Shown here one piece after another: positions 1 through 8,209 of a DNA stretch of 26,813 bases. The notes below the pieces were generated by a model. The model searched no databases and was not told where the DNA came from. It saw nothing but the letters and a program-made list of their open reading frames with translations. How positions within the stretch are numbered: the stretch's first letter is position 1; each line of letters starts with the position of its first letter. The translations under genes were made by a program, and so were the position numbers. Source of the stretch: a virus (lineage: Duplodnaviria > Caudoviricetes); IMG/VR virus record IMGVR_UViG_3300003375_000119, positions 1 through 26,813 of that record; one strand, 5' to 3'.

Positions 1-1093
1 CCTTATCACCTCGCAGTGGTATCAGGACAGGTGGCCCATTGCGCTAACTGGTGACCAGAACGCGAAAACGAAATTCGAAAATGAAAAGACAGGTTTTCGT
101 GAGGCAATGGCCTTCAATTCCCTTACCGGATCACGCGGCGACCGTGTAACGCTTGACGATCCGCTTTCGGTTGACCATGCGAACAGCGAAGCAGATTTGA
201 AAAGTGCGGAGCTGACATTCACAGAATCGTTACCGACGCGGGTGAATAACAGTGACAGCGCGATCATTGTTATTATGCAGCGTCTTAACGAAAAAGATAC
301 AAGCGGGATTATCTTGGATCGGAATCTGGGTTATGTCCATCTTATGCTGCCTATGCGCTTTGAAGAAGAGCGACGGTGCAGCACTATGATCGGTTTCCGT
401 GACCCGCGTACGAAAGATGGGGAGTTACTATTTCCTGAACGGTTTTCGGAAAAGGATGTGATTGAGTTAGAAGGAACGCTGGGTAGCTATGCAGCAGCAG
501 GACAGCTACAGCAACGCCCAGCACCGCGTGACGGTGGAAACTTCAAACGCCATTGGTTCAACATCGTGCGAGCAATACCCGCTGGCACGAAATTCATGCG
601 CGGCTGGGATTTGGCTGCTACCGAAGGAGCTGGGGATTACACTGCAGGCGTGAAAATTGGACGTCAAAAAGACGGTCGATATATTATTGCCGACGTGCGA
701 CGTAAACAGTTCTCGCCAGCAGGTGTGGAAAAGCTAATTGTGACCACAGCCCAGGAAGACGGGTTTGGCACATATATCAGCCTGCCACAAGACCCCGGGC
801 AAGCGGGTAAGTCGCAAGCGCAATACCTAGTCGGTAAGCTATCGGGCTTTCGAGCCACTGCAACGACTGAAAGCGGTGACAAGGAAACACGGTCCGAGCC
901 GTTTAGTGCACAAGCTGAAGTCGGAAATGTGGATATACTTGAAGGTGATTGGAATAAAGAGTATTTAGATGAACTGTGCGTATTTCCGAATGGCAAGTAT
1001 GATGACCAAGTGGATGCCAGTTCACGCGCCTTCAACGAGCTTCTGACAAAGAGTAATTTAATGGTGTGGCAGAAGCTGGGCCAGCAAAGCTAA
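1..1093 (+). CDS. terL: Terminase large subunit (5'-truncated; end of ATPase domain plus RNase H-like nuclease domain)
   Basis: The frame is open from nt 2 (LITSQWYQDRWP...), so the ATG at 107 is internal. Motifs: TGSRGDRVTLDDP (Walker B region), IIVIMQRL, GWDLAA, DYTAGV and FPNGKYDDQVDA. It lies directly upstream of the portal. Confidence 0.93.
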   Translation, partial: LITSQWYQDRWPIALTGDQNAKTKFENEKTGFREAMAFNSLTGSRGDRVTLDDPLSVDHANSEADLKSAELTFTESLPTRVNNSDSAIIVIMQRLNEKDTSGIILDRNLGYVHLMLPMRFEEERRCSTMIGFRDPRTKDGELLFPERFSEKDVIELEGTLGSYAAAGQLQQRPAPRDGGNFKRHWFNIVRAIPAGTKFMRGWDLAATEGAGDYTAGVKIGRQKDGRYIIADVRRKQFSPAGVEKLIVTTAQEDGFGTYISLPQDPGQAGKSQAQYLVGKLSGFRATATTESGDKETRSEPFSAQAEVGNVDILEGDWNKEYLDELCVFPNGKYDDQVDASSRAFNELLTKSNLMVWQKLGQQS

Positions 1094-1189
1094 AATGCCC
1101 AGTGGACTTTTGGCTGCGACGCATAAATGCAAAGTTCGCAAGTTGATATGACAGCAGGTGGAAGTCCTGCACTAACAAGGAAATAGAAT

Positions 1190-3073
1190 ATGGCAACAAA
1201 CCCAAAGAGCCGCAGCGTGGAGCGGGTAGCTGCAACAGCTAAGACAGCGGATGAAAAGGCACGCAACAAAGCCAAAGCGGTTGATAGCTTTGTGAACTTT
1301 GCGCAAAACCTGGGCATTGGAGCTGACAATGCGCTGTCCAGCGGGACCTATGGATTCAACCCCATTACCCGCAATCGTTCTTTGCTGGAATGGATTCACC
1401 GCGGAAGCTGGCTGGGTGGTGTTGCTGTGGATATTGTGGCTAACGACATGACTCGTATGGGCATCGATATCAAGGGCAACATCGAACCTGAAGATATTGA
1501 AAAGCTGGATGAGAAAGCAGTGTCGCTTCACATCTGGAATGAATTGAACAATGCAATCAAGTGGTCGCGTCTTTATGGTGGATGCCTTGCAGTGATGCTG
1601 GTGGATGGACAGAACCCTGAAACCCCGTTGCGTCTGGAAACGATTAAGAAGGATCAGTTTCGTGGTTTGTTGGTGCTTGACCGCTGGATGGTGGAGCCTG
1701 CGCTGAATGACTTGGTGACGGAATATGGGCCAGACCTCGGCAATCCGAAATTCTATCGCGTGACTGCGCAAGCCCCGGCAATGGCGCAAAAGCGCATTCA
1801 TTATTCACGCTGTATTCGGCTCGGTGGCATCAAACTTCCATACTGGCAAGCGCTGATGGAAAATTTGTGGGGCTTGTCTGTGATTGAGCGGTTGTATGAC
1901 CGCATGATTGCGTTTGACAGCGCGACGACTGGTGCTGCGCAGTTGGTCTACAAGAGCTATATGCGGACCTACAAAATTGAAGGCTTGCGGGAGACTGTAG
2001 CTGCTGGCGGTGATGCACTGAAAGGGCTGACCGCGTATGTGGACCAGATGCGCCGTTTCCAAGGTATCGAAGGGATTACGCTTATTGATGCAGAAGATGA
2101 CATTACAAGCGAAACGCATGCGGCGTTTGGGGGTCTTAGCGACGCTTTACAGCAGTTTGCTCAGCAACTATCGGGCGCACTACAAATCCCGCTTGTACGC
2201 CTGTTTGGGCAGTCCCCTGTCGGGTTTAGCACGGGTGAGACCGATCTGCGCAATTATTACGACACCATTCGTCAAGATCAGGAAAAGGATCTGCGGGTTG
2301 GTGTTACGAAAATCTGGCGTGCAATGGCAGCAAGCGAAGGGATTGACTTTCCCGAAGGAACTACCATCACGTTCCGTAGCTTGTGGCAGTTGACAGATGA
2401 AGCGAAGTCAACCATTGCGAGCACGGTGGGCAATGTGATATCCGCGGCTGAAGAAGGCGGGTTGATTGGGCGTGGTACTGCGCTGAAGGAATTGAAGCAG
2501 AGCAGCATGGTGACGGGTATATTCAGCAACATTACCGCCAAAGACATCAAAGAGGCTGAGGCGGAAGGTCCACCAGTACCGGAGGATGTGGAAGTGGCAG
2601 AAGTTCGCAAAACTGCACCCGCACCAACGGCGCCCAAAGAAGCAAAGGAAGCGAATGAAGCGGCACCAAAATCAAACGACCGAAAACGCATGCGTGATGC
2701 TGGATGCGTTGCTGCAGGTATTCTATTCGTAACGAAGAAAGGTGAAGCGCTGCTACTGATGCGAAGCGATGCAGCGGAAGATTCGCCAAGCGTCTGGGGA
2801 TTACCGGGCGGTCATTTGGAAGAGGGTGAAACACCAGAGAGCGCAGCACGGCGCGAGACGTACGAAGAAACTGGAGTTGTGTATAAGGGTCCCCTGACGC
2901 TGGTGGACCTGGCTGGTGGGTTTGCGACCTTCCTTGCGGAAGTTGACAACACATTCGAAGTGAGTTTGAATTTCGAGCACAGTGCATCCACTTGGACAAT
3001 GGATCCGAATAACAATTTGCATCCTAATTTGGAGCGCGTGCTGGCAAAGCTGTATGGCAACAATTACGAATAA
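1190..3073 (+). CDS. Portal protein (DUF1073 family) fused through a Pro/Ala/Glu-rich linker to a C-terminal Nudix hydrolase domain
   Basis: SD-like AAGGA precedes ATG 1190. Portal motifs include SRLYGG, IHYSRCIR, IPLVRLFGQSPVGFSTGETDLRNYYD and FRSLWQLTD. The C-terminal ~125 aa hold the Nudix box GHLEEGETPESAARRETYEETGV (2810-2878). Confidence 0.9.
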   Translation: MATNPKSRSVERVAATAKTADEKARNKAKAVDSFVNFAQNLGIGADNALSSGTYGFNPITRNRSLLEWIHRGSWLGGVAVDIVANDMTRMGIDIKGNIEPEDIEKLDEKAVSLHIWNELNNAIKWSRLYGGCLAVMLVDGQNPETPLRLETIKKDQFRGLLVLDRWMVEPALNDLVTEYGPDLGNPKFYRVTAQAPAMAQKRIHYSRCIRLGGIKLPYWQALMENLWGLSVIERLYDRMIAFDSATTGAAQLVYKSYMRTYKIEGLRETVAAGGDALKGLTAYVDQMRRFQGIEGITLIDAEDDITSETHAAFGGLSDALQQFAQQLSGALQIPLVRLFGQSPVGFSTGETDLRNYYDTIRQDQEKDLRVGVTKIWRAMAASEGIDFPEGTTITFRSLWQLTDEAKSTIASTVGNVISAAEEGGLIGRGTALKELKQSSMVTGIFSNITAKDIKEAEAEGPPVPEDVEVAEVRKTAPAPTAPKEAKEANEAAPKSNDRKRMRDAGCVAAGILFVTKKGEALLLMRSDAAEDSPSVWGLPGGHLEEGETPESAARRETYEETGVVYKGPLTLVDLAGGFATFLAEVDNTFEVSLNFEHSASTWTMDPNNNLHPNLERVLAKLYGNNYE

Positions 3074-3833
3074 ACGCAAGGCAGCACAAGAGCAGCGCCG
3101 AAAGGCGCGTGAGCGTTTCCAGTTGGCTGAAAGATTGGAAGCGGAATACTTGCGAGCGTTGAGGCAGTTGACGAAACAGATTGATCACATTATCAAAGGC
3201 ATGGCGCCTAATGGTGTGGTCACCAATAGCGTAGAATTGCAAAATATGCTGCGCCAATACGCAAAAGTCATCGAACCTTGGGCCTACAGTATTGCGCAAC
3301 GCATGGTGAACAGGATTGCAGATAAGGACGAAAATGCTTGGGCGAAATTGGGAACAAGTATGGGGCTTGAGCTGCGCAAGCAAATCAAGAACGCTCCCAT
3401 TGGCCACACATTGCAAGCGTTCTTAAAAGAACAAGTGCACCTCATTACTTCCTTGCCAACGCAAGCAGCGGAGCGGGTGCATGTTTTGACGCTTGAGGGA
3501 TTGTCCGGTGCCAAGCGTGCGTCAGAAATTGCAAAAGAAGTTCTTAAGCTGGGTGACGTTACCCATTCGCGTGCCAAGCTAATTGCGCGGACCGAAATTG
3601 CACGCACCGCGTCAGCGTTAACTATGGCGCGTTCGCAGTATGTAGGATGCACGCATTACGTCTGGCGCACGAGTGGTGATACTGACGTTCGGCAAAGCCA
3701 TAAGGATATGGACGGGCAGGTAATACCGTGGTCCGAGGCACCAGTGCTGTCAGACGGAACGCAAACGCATGCAGGAATGATTTATAACTGCAGATGTTAC
3801 GCTGAGCCGATATTGACAGGATTATTGGATTAA
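3054..3833 (+). CDS. MuF / SPP1 gp7-like minor head protein (no C-terminal extension)
   Basis: Motifs RAKLIARTE, YVWRTSGDTDVRQSH and HAGMIYNCRC, and position after the portal. Start moved to ATG 3054 (MATITNKRK), which overlaps the portal stop by 20 nt. Confidence 0.9.
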   Translation: MATITNKRKAAQEQRRKARERFQLAERLEAEYLRALRQLTKQIDHIIKGMAPNGVVTNSVELQNMLRQYAKVIEPWAYSIAQRMVNRIADKDENAWAKLGTSMGLELRKQIKNAPIGHTLQAFLKEQVHLITSLPTQAAERVHVLTLEGLSGAKRASEIAKEVLKLGDVTHSRAKLIARTEIARTASALTMARSQYVGCTHYVWRTSGDTDVRQSHKDMDGQVIPWSEAPVLSDGTQTHAGMIYNCRCYAEPILTGLLD

Positions 3834-3891
3834 CATTATTATCAAACTTTTTCCGCTACCATCACCCGCAATTGATTATCAAAGGCAAACC

Positions 3892-4503
3892 ATGAAAAAA
3901 CTGTTCTTCTTCCTTGTTCTCTCATTTTTCGCGTTGCTCAGTAACGCTTATTCGCTTTACACGCCTGCGGGGACTGTAGACGTTGGTATATCCAACAGTG
4001 AAGGTCAAAAGGCGTCTTACCGCGTGCAAGTTGCGGATATTACGCCAGTTGCAACGGCCACGGATGTGTTTACGCTTTGTGGAAGTGCGACGAAGGTTGT
4101 TCGTGTTAATCGAATACAAGTGACCGCCGATTCAACTGCGCCAGCGGTTATTGATTTTTATGTATTCAAACGCTCCGCAGCAAATACAGGTGGCACAAGC
4201 ACTGCCCCCACAATTAGCAAATTCGACAGTGCGGACGGTACTGCAACGGCCACAGTTGCCCTATACAGCGCAAACCCTAGCGCTTTGGGTACTGGTGCAT
4301 TGTTTACAGGCGATCATTATGCGTTACCTGCTGCTGCCAGTACGGGTTATCCTGGCGCACCGTGGATCGAAGACTTTGGCATTCGAAATAATCGCGCAAT
4401 TGTTTTGCGGGGTATTACCCAATGTTTGGCGTTCAGCTTAAATGGGCAAGCTATTCCACTTGGCTTCGGTTTATATTTTGGCATTGAATGGACTGAGGAA
4501 TAA
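3892..4503 (+). CDS. Hypothetical exported beta-rich protein with Sec-type signal peptide
   Basis: MKK + hydrophobic LFFFLVLSFFALL + SNA| cleavage-like site. Ala/Thr-rich body with exactly two Cys. AAGG lies upstream of the ATG. Confidence 0.75.
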   Translation: MKKLFFFLVLSFFALLSNAYSLYTPAGTVDVGISNSEGQKASYRVQVADITPVATATDVFTLCGSATKVVRVNRIQVTADSTAPAVIDFYVFKRSAANTGGTSTAPTISKFDSADGTATATVALYSANPSALGTGALFTGDHYALPAAASTGYPGAPWIEDFGIRNNRAIVLRGITQCLAFSLNGQAIPLGFGLYFGIEWTEE

Positions 4504-4601
4504 GTAAAAATACCTTTGATGGGTTTAACTATTTCAAACGTCGCCAAAATATACTTGCCCTTACTTACTGCATCACCCTAATTTCACCCCAAGGACGCCA
4601 A

Positions 4602-5039
4602 ATGAAAAAATTTCTTCTTTCCATTGTGCTTGCAATTGCAGCCTTCGCTGGCGCTTCTGCTTCCATCGCCCAAACTTATCCTTGGCAGAACCCGACGTAC
4701 ACCCCGTCTGCTGTCGCCGCCGCTGCCACCTACACAGCCCCCGCAGCCTACGCATTCAACGCCATTGCGTCCTCGGTTGTTTCTTTCCAGGTCACCGGCA
4801 CTTGTACCTCGCTCGCAGCGGTTGCGCAGGTATCCAATAACGGCACCACTTGGGTGACAGTCAATGTGTGGCCTGTGACGACGGGTACGATTACCGCTGC
4901 CGCGTCGATCAGTGCTGCCGGTATATACCGCCTCAACGCTACTGCAAACCAATTCGCTCGCCTCAACATCACCGCGCTCACCGCCAGCTGCACTGTGCAA
5001 GGTGTCGGCGATAATGCTTCTTGGGCTGTGAGTTACTAA
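4602..5039 (+). CDS. Hypothetical exported small beta-rich protein with Sec-type signal peptide
   Basis: MKKFLLSIVLAIAAFAGASA(SIA)| signal peptide and AAGGA SD. Exactly two Cys. The mature part is almost uncharged. Confidence 0.78.
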   Translation: MKKFLLSIVLAIAAFAGASASIAQTYPWQNPTYTPSAVAAAATYTAPAAYAFNAIASSVVSFQVTGTCTSLAAVAQVSNNGTTWVTVNVWPVTTGTITAAASISAAGIYRLNATANQFARLNITALTASCTVQGVGDNASWAVSY

Positions 5040-5070
5040 GCACCCCACAACACAAACCGATACAAGCATC

Positions 5071-6432
5071 ATGCGCGGCACTTTTTACACTACCGAAAAA
5101 CTTGGGCCTAAGCAAAGTCTTACGCCTGAAGGATTTCTGCTGTGCGAAGATGTGCCGCTTGCTCGTATCGGAACCATGTTGTATGGCCCAGATGAAACAC
5201 CCATCAAAGCGGGCCATGATGGTGTGGTAAAGATCGAGCGTGAAGCTGATGATGTGTTTACCGAAGAAACCATTGCCAGCGCACAGGGCAAGCCAGTTAC
5301 AAACGACCATCCTGAAGAGGATGTGACGCCTGAAAACTGGAAAGAGTTGTGCATTGGAACAATGCTGAATGTGCGCCGCGGAACTGGTGTGTTGGATGAT
5401 TTGTTGCTGGGCGATTTGCTTATCACTACATCTGATGGAATTGAGACTGTGCGCGGCGGCAAGATTGAAGTGAGTTTGGGCTATGACGCCGAATACACTG
5501 AAACGGCGCCCGGTGTTGGCAAGCAAACCAACATCATTGTGAACCATATTGCGTTAGTTGAACAAGGCCGGTGCGGTCCGCGTTGCGCAATCAAGGACAG
5601 TAAACCGAAATTAAATAGGAGTGTTGACATGAGCAAGAAATCGAACCGCATTCTGGACGCCCTGATGGCCGCGTTCAAGGCCAAGGACGCCAAGGAAGTT
5701 GAGGAAATTGCTGAGGAAGTGAAAGACAGCATGGAAGAAGAGGAAGGCAAGAAGGTGAAGGACGAAAAGGAAGACGGCGGCGATACGCACGTTCACGTTC
5801 ACGCCAACGACGCCGCTGGTGGTGTTAGCAGCGAAGAGTTCGCTGAGCACAAGGAAAAGAACGACGCCGAGCATCAGGAAATGTTTGAGCGCATTTCTGA
5901 ACTTGAAGAAATGGTGAAAACCCTCAAAGGCAGCACCGGCGACAAGTACAGCAAGGACGAAGACGGCGAAGAGGAAATGTCGGAAGAAGCTACCGATGAA
6001 TTCCCCGAAGAGCTGCAAGAAAAGGCGAAGAAGGCCAAGGACAGTGCGTATTTTGCTGACAGCTTCCAAGACACCGTGGCGCTGGCTGAAATCCTGGTCC
6101 CCGGCATTCGCGTACCTACTTACGACCGCGCCGCAAAACCCGGTCAGACGTTCAAAAAGATCTGCGGTCTCCGCCGTTCTGCTTTGGACATCGCTTACAC
6201 CCAGCCTGCTACCCGCAGCATGTTGGATGAGATTTTGGCTGGTCGGAATCTGGACACCAAGAATATGACCTGCGATGCAGTGCGTAGTCTGTTCCGCTCC
6301 GCCGCCGCTGCCCAGCGTGCAGCAAACAATGCAGTTGGCGCTCGCGACAACCGTGGCAGCAAGCCCGGCAAGCAAGCTCCACGCACCCTCGCAGAAATCA
6401 ACCGCATGAACGCGGACAAGTACGCACAATAA
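5071..6432 (+). CDS. DUF2213 prohead protease with C-terminal scaffolding domain
   Basis: Motifs TPEGFLLCEDVPLARIG, GKPVTNDHP, EVSLGYDAEY and NHIALVEQGRCG, followed by an acidic helical region. It lies between MuF and the capsid genes. Confidence 0.88.
   Translation: MRGTFYTTEKLGPKQSLTPEGFLLCEDVPLARIGTMLYGPDETPIKAGHDGVVKIEREADDVFTEETIASAQGKPVTNDHPEEDVTPENWKELCIGTMLNVRRGTGVLDDLLLGDLLITTSDGIETVRGGKIEVSLGYDAEYTETAPGVGKQTNIIVNHIALVEQGRCGPRCAIKDSKPKLNRSVDMSKKSNRILDALMAAFKAKDAKEVEEIAEEVKDSMEEEEGKKVKDEKEDGGDTHVHVHANDAAGGVSSEEFAEHKEKNDAEHQEMFERISELEEMVKTLKGSTGDKYSKDEDGEEEMSEEATDEFPEELQEKAKKAKDSAYFADSFQDTVALAEILVPGIRVPTYDRAAKPGQTFKKICGLRRSALDIAYTQPATRSMLDEILAGRNLDTKNMTCDAVRSLFRSAAAAQRAANNAVGARDNRGSKPGKQAPRTLAEINRMNADKYAQ
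5629..6432 (+). CDS. Probable nested in-frame scaffolding protein (internal start)
   Basis: AGGAG at 5617-5621 precedes an in-frame ATG at 5629. The context AGGAGTgttGACATGAG closely matches the next gene's start (AGGAGTaaaGACATGAG). Codon usage shifts toward C-ending codons after this point. Confidence 0.65.
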   Translation: MSKKSNRILDALMAAFKAKDAKEVEEIAEEVKDSMEEEEGKKVKDEKEDGGDTHVHVHANDAAGGVSSEEFAEHKEKNDAEHQEMFERISELEEMVKTLKGSTGDKYSKDEDGEEEMSEEATDEFPEELQEKAKKAKDSAYFADSFQDTVALAEILVPGIRVPTYDRAAKPGQTFKKICGLRRSALDIAYTQPATRSMLDEILAGRNLDTKNMTCDAVRSLFRSAAAAQRAANNAVGARDNRGSKPGKQAPRTLAEINRMNADKYAQ

Positions 6433-6458
6433 ACCGTCCATCCAACAGGAGTAAAGAC

Positions 6459-7004
6459 ATGAGTAACCGAATGAAGACACGCGATGTCGCTTTCCAATTC
6501 CGGATGGGCGCAGGCTTTCCGGGCGACGTGAACCGCTCGCACCCAGCATCCATTGAGCCTGCGCTCATTGACGCTGCTGCACCGCCCACCCTCTACGGCC
6601 AGCCCGTGTTGGTTGACGCAACGACGCAAGGCGTTCGCCCTTACGTCGCAGGTGACCAGAGCAACACTGTGGCAAGCGGTTACGGTTTGACCGTGCGCCC
6701 TTACCCATTCCAGCAGTCCAGCGCTACCAACTACGGCGCAGTGGGCATCGGTGCTGGAGCTCCGCCCACCTCCGGTGCAATCGACATTCTGCGCTCCGGA
6801 TACATCATGTCCTTCCTCGCAGCTGGCGGTTCGCCGGTCAAGGGCGGTCTGGTTTACATCTGGGCCGCTGCTTCCACTGGCGCTCACGTGCAAGGTGGTA
6901 TTGAAGCAGCTTACAGCGCTGGCAACACGACCCAATTGCTCAACGCCACTTTCAACGGTTCCCCCGATGCCTCCGGCAACGTGGAAATCGCGTTCAACAT
7001 CTAA
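6459..7004 (+). CDS. Capsid decoration/cement-type structural protein
   Basis: AGGAG SD. Motifs FRMGAGFPGDV, GLTVRPYP, ILRSGYIM and GNVEIAFNI. Position between scaffold and major capsid protein. Confidence 0.75.
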   Translation: MSNRMKTRDVAFQFRMGAGFPGDVNRSHPASIEPALIDAAAPPTLYGQPVLVDATTQGVRPYVAGDQSNTVASGYGLTVRPYPFQQSSATNYGAVGIGAGAPPTSGAIDILRSGYIMSFLAAGGSPVKGGLVYIWAAASTGAHVQGGIEAAYSAGNTTQLLNATFNGSPDASGNVEIAFNI

Positions 7005-7014
7005 GGAGTAGGAA

Positions 7015-8115
7015 ATGAGCAAACGCTTCAAAACACGCGACAGCATGACCACATTTGACAGCGCTTACCGCAGCATTGACGCCGCTGGTAATCAGCTGGG
7101 CAAACCTCTGGGCAACCACTACAAGACCAACGATGGCCGCACTGTGGACAGCACCGGCGCCTTTTTGGTGGGTGAGCTGGAACGCTTGGACCTGACGCTG
7201 CACGAACCCCTGGCCGCTGTGACTTGGGGCCGTGACATTGACTTGCGCGAAGACGTGACACTGGCGGACGAAGTTTCTTCGTTCACCCTGTCCACCTTCG
7301 CTTCGCAAGGCGGTCTCGGTACTGGTGCTGGCATTGGTAACGGCAAGGCTTGGATCGGAAAAGACACGAACCAAATCACAGGCATCAGCGCAGACATCGC
7401 AAAGATCCCGCACCAGTTGCGTCCTTGGGCTATGGAACTGAAGTACACGATTCTGGAACTGGAATCTGCTGCACGTCTCGGCCGTCCCATTGACCAACAA
7501 AAGTTCGAAGGTCTGCAGCTGAAGCACCAGATGGACATTGACGAGCAAATCTACATCGGTGACACTTCCATGGGTGACACTGGTTTGGTGAACAACTCGC
7601 TGGTGACTAACGTGTCCAACCTGGCCAACGGCGTGTCCGGTGTTGGTAGCTGGGTGAAGAAGACCCCTGACGAAATTCTGGCCGACGTGAACAACATGCT
7701 GACCAGTGTGTGGCAAGCAAGTGCCTGGGCTGTGATGCCTGGTCGCTTGATGCTCCCTCCTGCGCAGTTCGGTTACATCAGCACCCAGAAGGTGTCGAAC
7801 GCCGGTAACGTGTCCATCCTGAAATACATTCAGGACAATAATCTGCTGACCACAAGTGGCAAGGGCAAGTTGGAAATCTACCCGCTGAAATGGCTGATCG
7901 GTGCCGGTGTTGGTGGTACGTTGGGCCAGACTGGTACGGTTGACCGTGCTGTGGTCTACACGAAGGAAAAACAGCGCGTTCGTTACCCGATGACCATGCT
8001 GCAACGCACTCCCATCCAGTACGACTCGATCTACCACAAGACTACCTACTTCTGCCGCCTTGGCGGTGTTGAAGTGGTGTATCCCGAAACGATCGGTTAT
8101 TTCGACGGCCTGTAA
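7015..8115 (+). CDS. Major capsid protein (DUF2184 family, HK97 fold)
   Basis: AAGGAG SD; 366 aa. Motifs GAFLVGELERLD, TWGRDIDLR, YIGD...GLVNN, TPDEILADVN and GGVEVVYPETIGYFDGL. Strong codon bias. Confidence 0.92.
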   Translation: MSKRFKTRDSMTTFDSAYRSIDAAGNQLGKPLGNHYKTNDGRTVDSTGAFLVGELERLDLTLHEPLAAVTWGRDIDLREDVTLADEVSSFTLSTFASQGGLGTGAGIGNGKAWIGKDTNQITGISADIAKIPHQLRPWAMELKYTILELESAARLGRPIDQQKFEGLQLKHQMDIDEQIYIGDTSMGDTGLVNNSLVTNVSNLANGVSGVGSWVKKTPDEILADVNNMLTSVWQASAWAVMPGRLMLPPAQFGYISTQKVSNAGNVSILKYIQDNNLLTTSGKGKLEIYPLKWLIGAGVGGTLGQTGTVDRAVVYTKEKQRVRYPMTMLQRTPIQYDSIYHKTTYFCRLGGVEVVYPETIGYFDGL

Positions 8116-8143
8116 GCGCTACTGAAAAGTAGACTTACCGCAA

Positions 8144-8179
8144 ATAAAGGGCAACAGGTTCAATCTTGTTGCCCTTTAT
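8144..8179 (+). terminator. Probable intrinsic terminator hairpin after the major capsid gene
   Basis: Perfect 13-bp inverted repeat ATAAAGGGCAACA (8144-8156) / TGTTGCCCTTTAT (8167-8179), intergenic, with a short T-rich tail. Confidence 0.7.
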
Positions 8180-8209
8180 ACTTAGCCTTATTTGATTGGA
8201 GAAGATAGC

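Noticed and set aside
1095-1151. 18-codon ORF (MPSGLLAATHKCKVRKLI) and a 5-bp GCAGG/CCTGC stem between terminase and portal
   Set aside because: Too short, with no clear SD, and the stem is weak.
2982-3053. Upstream extensions in the ORF track (also 8192, 8538, 25381, 25643, 25987)
   Set aside because: Downstream ATGs (3054, 8210, 8577, 25402, 25679, 26071) have better SD or coupling context and mostly avoid long overlaps.
3860-4578. CATCACCC upstream of both signal-peptide genes (3860-3867, 4571-4578)
   Set aside because: Only 8 nt in two copies, not distinguishable from chance without more examples.
5611-8037. Long minus-strand ORFs (5611-6549, 6195-7052, 6994-8037)
   Set aside because: They are antisense shadows of strongly codon-biased scaffold and capsid genes, with no recognisable motifs, and they overlap well-supported genes almost entirely.
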